Of a stretch of 25,671 bases of DNA, positions 22,548 to 25,671 are shown one piece after another. The stretch comes from an uncultured Candidatus Saccharibacteria bacterium. Lineage in GTDB: Bacteria; Patescibacteriota; Minisyncoccia; JACQLN01. The notes beneath the pieces were generated by a model. That model had not been told where the DNA came from. It did no database searches and saw only the letters and a program-made list of their open reading frames with translations. The stretch covers positions 3,510 through 29,180 of the forward strand of contig CAYJTN010000002.1 in NCBI GenBank assembly GCA_964373235.1. The letters run 5' to 3'. Numbering within the stretch: the first letter of the stretch is position 1; the number at the start of each line of letters is the position of its first letter. The position numbers were made by a program, and so were the translations under genes.

Positions 22548-23048
22548 CTAGCCATTCGTTGTAGAGCACTTGAAATAACCCTTGTAATAACCAGTTCCTA
22601 ACTCCTTGGCTGCATCCTCTTCTATGGGGCCGAGTATCTTCCAAATCTCTACAGTACTGCGGACGAATTTTAAAGCCAAAGTTGGATCGATAATACCTTC
22701 TTTGGCTAAAAAGCCAATTTTATCAAAGTGATTCCCGATCAGCCTTCTGATATGTTCTCCTTCGCTCATGGGTTCCTCACTTTTTTCTGGAAAATCTCTT
22801 TTAAATTCCTCGTAATTAACAAAGTGAGTTCTCCGCCATGTCTTCCACACAGCAGCTACTGCATTACCCATTTCTTTACTGGTATATTCATTTTTGAGAT
22901 TGAATAAAATATCGGCACTTCTGGTTTTGATGAGTTCTCTAGTTTGCCAAGCCAAGAAACACACCATAATAGCGGTGAAAAAAGTGTAGATAGCACCAAT
23001 AATAACCAGCCAGTCATTTGTGGTTAGGCAGTCCATAGAATCCTCCAC
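22548..23048 (-). CDS. Hypothetical protein with N-terminal TM; DUF4760-like by eye
   Basis: TM helix followed by a helical domain with LIGNHFDKIGFLAKEGIID. Confidence 0.6.
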   Translation of the reverse strand: MEDSMDCLTTNDWLVIIGAIYTFFTAIMVCFLAWQTRELIKTRSADILFNLKNEYTSKEMGNAVAAVWKTWRRTHFVNYEEFKRDFPEKSEEPMSEGEHIRRLIGNHFDKIGFLAKEGIIDPTLALKFVRSTVEIWKILGPIEEDAAKELGTGYYKGYFKCSTTNG

Positions 23049-23069
23049 AGAAGAGAATTATTACGATTA

Positions 23070-23097
23070 AAAAGCAAGCCCAAATAAGCTTGCTTTT
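23070..23097. terminator. Hairpin terminator, possibly bidirectional
   Basis: aaaagcaagc/gcttgctttt perfect 10-bp stem. Confidence 0.6.
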
Positions 23098-23121
23098 CCT
23101 GACATAAAGAGGCAGGGTTCT

Positions 23122-23316
23122 TTAATCTCTAATTAACAACTGAAAGACAAACAGTGAAGCTCCTATACCTAGCAGAGAGATACAGATTATAACAAACCAT
23201 CTAAGAAAGTCTCCTGTGCCAGTAGAAAGAAAATACATAATGACCAAAATGGTTATTAGCACTATTACTGTTAACATAGCAACTCCAACTATCTTGAACT
23301 TATCAAATTTCCCCAT
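23122..23316 (-). CDS. Small two-TM membrane protein (64 aa; start moved to MGKFDKF)
   Basis: The longer track ORF runs through the att-like repeat; the hydrophobic core begins at 23316. Confidence 0.5.
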   Translation of the reverse strand: MGKFDKFKIVGVAMLTVIVLITILVIMYFLSTGTGDFLRWFVIICISLLGIGASLFVFQLLIRD

Positions 23317-23399
23317 CTCTTTCGCTTCACAGCCACACACCCCCACGTATTTACACAACACACAAAGGAGTGGAGGCCATGAAGCTCCTCCTTTCTCCT

Positions 23400-23433
23400 T
23401 GGTGCGGGGAGCGGGACGACGTTCGAACCTACA
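23400..23433. repeat. att-like repeat containing a tRNA-Leu-like 3' end
   Basis: Minus strand reads ...GGTTCGAACGTC-GTCCCGC-TCCCCGC-A-CCA (T-stem 3' side, acceptor 3' side, discriminator A, CCA). Confidence 0.75.
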
Positions 23434-23676
23434 AGGTAAAATCAATAAAAACTGCCGAATATCTTGTAGCCAAAGTGTACCAATTTTACAGAGAAAGTAA
23501 AGAATTGGTTGGGGTGCCATATTGGGACTGATTTGATTAACTATGCTCTGATTTCTTCTATAGCCTCTTGGCTTAATTTCATGATAGAAAATCTATCATG
23601 GGGTTGGTAGGAGGGAGAAGTTGGCTAGTTGGGAAATTCATGTCCATCTCTAGATAAGGGACTAAATCCAACACGA

Positions 23677-24120
23677 CTATGGAGTTTCGCGAATAACCTT
23701 TTCTGTTGGGGGCAAATGAATGCGCTCAAACTGTCTCAGAGCTTCATCTACCGGGATAACACCCATTTCCAACTTAGCCTTGAGAAGGGTGTATGCTCTC
23801 GCCATACTATCGTATACCTCTTGCCGTTGCTGAAATCGAAAATTATTCGATAGAAGAGGGGCGCTAATTGAGAATACAGAAATTGAGAATACAGATAGAA
23901 GAGCATTGGCACCAACCAGCCATTTCAGCATACAACCGCCGCCCAGCAGCAGGTAAACAGATATAGCAGTAACCATAAAGCCCGCCGCCCAAGATGAAAG
24001 AAGGGCAAGGTAGGTATACCGCCTGTATTTTTTCTCCCACCGCCACTGCCAAGGGATTTCGCGCTCGAGCTCGGATATGAGCCTTTTCCTTGCTATTTCT
24101 TCGGCATCGTCTTCTGCCAT
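23677..24120 (-). CDS. Two-TM protein resembling the SLATT/DUF4231 families
   Basis: W-rich N-terminal helix, two TM helices, C-terminal RQEVYDSMARAYTLLK helix; SD AAGGAGG. Confidence 0.65.
   Translation of the reverse strand: MAEDDAEEIARKRLISELEREIPWQWRWEKKYRRYTYLALLSSWAAGFMVTAISVYLLLGGGCMLKWLVGANALLSVFSISVFSISAPLLSNNFRFQQRQEVYDSMARAYTLLKAKLEMGVIPVDEALRQFERIHLPPTEKVIRETP
23866..23895. repeat. Perfect 15-bp tandem duplication, in frame (SVFSI twice)
   Basis: aattgagaatacaga at 23866-80 and 23881-95. Confidence 0.9.
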
Positions 24121-24278
24121 TTCTAATTACCTCCTTAACCTGGAAGACCCGTTCAAGTTTTCTTGGCACATATCCCAATAAAAAGACCAAATTAGTGAGT
24201 GTCAATGCACTGGTGTTGTGGCACACGGACCTCAGTGATAAGCTACATAGAGACTGAGGAAATAGAGCAACTTGAACC

Positions 24279-25004
24279 ATGAATAGAAATTCTTCACCTG
24301 ATCAATCATCATGCCGCGTGGTGTTCGATTTTAGTAGAGAGGTAGGAATTGTCGAAGGCTGGCTCACAGAAAGTGAGGGAATTTTTCTGTATAATGCCGC
24401 AAAAAGAGTAAGACCTAAAAATATAATTGTGGAAATTGGGTCATGGAAAGGGAAGTCAACTATTTGCTTGGCACGGGGTTCTCAAAACGGGAATATGACT
24501 ACTGTCTATGCCGTTGATCCACATACTGGTTCCTCTGAACACCAGCAGTGGCTTGGTCGAGTAAATACTTTTAGAGACTTCACTGAGAATATAAAGAAAG
24601 CTGAATTGAGTGGATATATTGAGGTGATCAGGGAGACATCCGAAAACGCTGCCCGCAAATTCACAAAGCCAATTGAGTTCATATTTATCGATGGTGCACA
24701 CGAGTATGATTTTGTGAGGCTTGATTTTGATGTCTGGTTCCCAAGAGTCATTGACGGTGGTTTAATGGCTTTCCATGATTCATGGCATTTCTGGGGGCCG
24801 AATCTGGTAACGGCAGTCCAACTGCTAGTTTCTTCACAGATCAGAAAACCTCGGCTGATTGATACGATCACATGTTTTGAAAAAGTCAGGAAGAATTCCC
24901 TTGTGGACCGATACAATAATGTTGGTTTTGTCTTATACCGGACTCTTTTCGGTATTATTGGGTTTCTAAAGCTGAAATACCACCTTGGTAAAGGTAGCCG
25001 GTAA
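24279..25004 (+). CDS. Class I SAM-dependent methyltransferase (Methyltransf_24-like)
   Basis: IVEIGSWKGKST, VYAVDPHTGS, IFIDGAHEY, GGLMAFHD. Confidence 0.9.
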   Translation: MNRNSSPDQSSCRVVFDFSREVGIVEGWLTESEGIFLYNAAKRVRPKNIIVEIGSWKGKSTICLARGSQNGNMTTVYAVDPHTGSSEHQQWLGRVNTFRDFTENIKKAELSGYIEVIRETSENAARKFTKPIEFIFIDGAHEYDFVRLDFDVWFPRVIDGGLMAFHDSWHFWGPNLVTAVQLLVSSQIRKPRLIDTITCFEKVRKNSLVDRYNNVGFVLYRTLFGIIGFLKLKYHLGKGSR

Positions 25005-25266
25005 AAAAACAGCGGCAGAACTCTATGAAGAGGTTATCCACAACAAGAACGGATAACTTCCCTGTATAGGGAAATTTTTGGGTGCAGTGCGGTATTCTTG
25101 AATTAGTCCGAACGCATTTCGGCGAGAAAGCCCCCAAAAATTCGGAGCGGCTTCGCCGCGAGATTTAACAATTTCCAATTTTTCTTTGGCGGCAACCATT
25201 AAAATAAAATCAAATGCACAAAAAAATCGAAAACAAAATAAAAATTTACTCGGGAAAAGTTAGAAA

Positions 25267-25575
25267 CTATTCCTTTCCCAAATCTTTTTCCATATCGTCT
25301 ATCTCTTTTCTTTCTCGATCAGAGGCTTCATTCGCCGCATCAAGCCACGCCTTAAAGGTTTCAGTAGCTTTCTTAATGGCTTCATCCATTAAAGGAGCCA
25401 GTTTTTCAAGGACAATTTTTTCTGCCTCTTCTCTATTTGGGTTATTAGCAAAAATATTGTCCATTTCTTTCATTATTCGATCTACCTCACTCTCTGCAGC
25501 TTGCATTTCTTTATACTTTTGGTCCTCTAAACTTTCCAGAGTTGGACCTTTTTCTCTCTTGAATTGTTCACTCAT
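25267..25575 (-). CDS. Hypothetical acidic helical protein (102 aa)
   Basis: ORF with helical, charge-rich composition; no family recognised. Confidence 0.7.
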   Translation of the reverse strand: MSEQFKREKGPTLESLEDQKYKEMQAAESEVDRIMKEMDNIFANNPNREEAEKIVLEKLAPLMDEAIKKATETFKAWLDAANEASDRERKEIDDMEKDLGKE

Positions 25576-25671
25576 AGTTTTGATTGTTAATACGATTATT
25601 TATAAGTTCGACCTTTTGATTAAAAAATTTTCTTTTCTTCTTTCTCCTAAAACATGGTTCGAGCCGATTGT

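Noticed and set aside
23400-23433. A third functional tRNA gene
   Set aside because: Only the 3' portion is tRNA-like; no D-arm, anticodon arm or matching 5' acceptor strand is present.
25052-25060. TTATCCACA, a DnaA-box consensus, as a possible replication origin
   Set aside because: It is a single box with no cluster and no dnaA or dnaN context.
121-25575. Alternative genetic code 25 (TGA = Gly), as in Gracilibacteria/Absconditabacteria
   Set aside because: Conserved genes such as fba and RAYT2 end at TGA at the expected length, and long ORFs are intact under code 11.
25600-25671. Minus-strand open frame at the right edge (TIGSNHVLGERRKENFLIKRSNL), vaguely like a recombinase C-terminal segment
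   Set aside because: Only 23 codons are visible; it cannot be distinguished from chance without the adjacent sequence.

Overview
25.7-kb bacterial window with almost all genes on the minus strand. TGA is used as a stop, so the code is standard code 11. Gene content and intergenic style suggest a Patescibacteria/CPR (Parcubacteria-like) genome; this is inference. Housekeeping content: a coiled-coil lytic transglycosylase, rplY, a glycolysis/non-oxidative pentose-phosphate cluster (gap, rpiB, rpe, split transketolase, PfkB kinase, a 420-aa unknown, class II fba), a glutaredoxin-FIST-histidine kinase-receiver-trxB run, mltG, pcm, tRNA-Trp, rpmG (missed by the ORF track) and tRNA-Thr. An accessory region follows, marked by duplicated tRNA-3'-end (att-like) sequences. 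The most striking layer is a dense set of small palindromic DNA elements. Two RAYT (HUH/Y1) transposase genes are each flanked by their own REP hairpin and also carry it inside their coding sequence. A wHTH-Cas2/PaaX-like gene is bracketed by 46-bp palindromic direct repeats, with a divergent promoter-to-terminator small RNA candidate next to it. A decayed GIY-YIG gene lies between imperfect inverted repeats. Several hairpin families are nested inside one another or sit in frame in rplY and rpe. Eight genes have a -10 box 5-7 nt before the start codon, implying leaderless mRNAs. All homology calls come from motif recognition by eye; no database search was run.
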